This document shows, piece after piece, positions 6,121-6,299 of a DNA stretch of 6,299 bases. The position numbers were made by a program, and so were the translations under genes. The stretch's first letter is position 1. Each line of letters opens with the position of its first letter. This DNA comes from a virus. The stretch is from the IMG/VR virus record IMGVR_UViG_3300034037_000063, positions 1 to 6,299 of that record; one strand, written 5' to 3'. The notes under the pieces are model-generated. The model was not told where the DNA came from. It searched no databases and was given only the letters and a program-made list of their open reading frames with translations.

Positions 6121-6161
6121 CTGACCAACCAAAAAATTCTTGCAATTTTTTGGTTGGTCAG
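6121..6161. other. Perfect 18-bp stem with a 5-nt loop in the main intergenic region, 38 nt upstream of the rep ATG. Candidate origin-associated element (complementary-strand priming or Rep recognition) or transcription-attenuating element.
   Basis: CTGACCAACCAAAAAATT (6121-6138), loop cttgc (6139-6143), AATTTTTTGGTTGGTCAG (6144-6161). The reverse complement was verified base by base with no mismatch. Confidence 0.85.
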
Positions 6162-6198
6162 ACACTACCTTGTTACCGTGTCTATATTAGGGAAACTC

Positions 6199-6299
6199 AT
6201 GTGCATCACTCCAACAATTGTTCATGTTCCCAAGGGAAATAAATATAAAAGGATCGAAGCGCCTTGTGGTTATTGTTGGGCTTGTCTCAAAAATAAACA
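6199..6299 (+). CDS. 5' end of the replication initiation protein gene, with the true ATG. It continues into the duplicated bases 6206-6299 (= 1-94) and on to the stop at 977.
   Basis: ATG at 6199-6201, then TGC ATC ACT CCA..., giving MCITPTIVHVPKGNKYKRIEAPCGYCWACLKNK. This is in frame with 3-977 once 6206 is mapped to 1. AGGGA is at 6189-6193. Confidence 0.9.
   Translation, partial: MCITPTIVHVPKGNKYKRIEAPCGYCWACLKNK
6206..6299. repeat. Terminal direct redundancy (right copy), identical to 1-94.
   Basis: Exact 94-nt identity with the window start. Confidence 0.95.

Noticed and set aside
6140-6190. Sigma70-like promoter for rep, with -35-like TTGTTA (6170-6175), TTGCAA (6140-6145) or TTGGTC (6154-6159) and -10-like TATATT (6183-6188).
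   Set aside because: The spacings are 7, 37 and 23 nt, none near 17 +/- 1. A -10 at 6183 would also place the transcript start on top of the SD and ATG. No supportable promoter can be called by eye.

Overview
The window is a complete, circularly permuted Microviridae-type ssDNA phage genome. Bases 1-94 recur exactly at 6206-6299, so the unit length is 6205 nt. The linearisation point falls inside the replication-initiator gene, whose ATG is at 6199, which continues at base 3 and stops at 977. All credible genes are on the + strand and tightly packed, with ATGA and TAATG stop/start overlaps. The three hallmark genes are recognisable from their protein sequences: an HUH Rep (VP4/A-like), a DNA pilot protein (VP2/H-like, 1606-2472) and the major capsid protein (VP1/F-like, 2476-4125). 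Their circular order is Rep -> pilot -> MCP, which differs from phiX174 and from gokushoviruses. Between Rep and the pilot gene lie a very basic, disordered ORF and two small coupled membrane-protein ORFs; one of these (57 aa) is absent from the supplied ORF track. Downstream of the MCP is an accessory block of about 1.8 kb (4125-5928). It contains a 155-aa protein ending in a (TPEP)n tandem repeat, a zinc peptidase M15 (VanY/endolysin-type), a 69-aa ORF and a 174-aa protein. The 174-aa protein looks like a stripped-down C5-cytosine-methyltransferase catalytic core. It keeps PPC, E-x-P and motif VIII-like segments at the canonical spacing but has no glycine-rich SAM loop and no target-recognition domain. 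This is the most unusual item in the window. The only long non-coding region (5929-6198) carries a perfect 18-bp stem-loop just upstream of rep. No tRNA, rRNA, CRISPR array or transposable element is visible.
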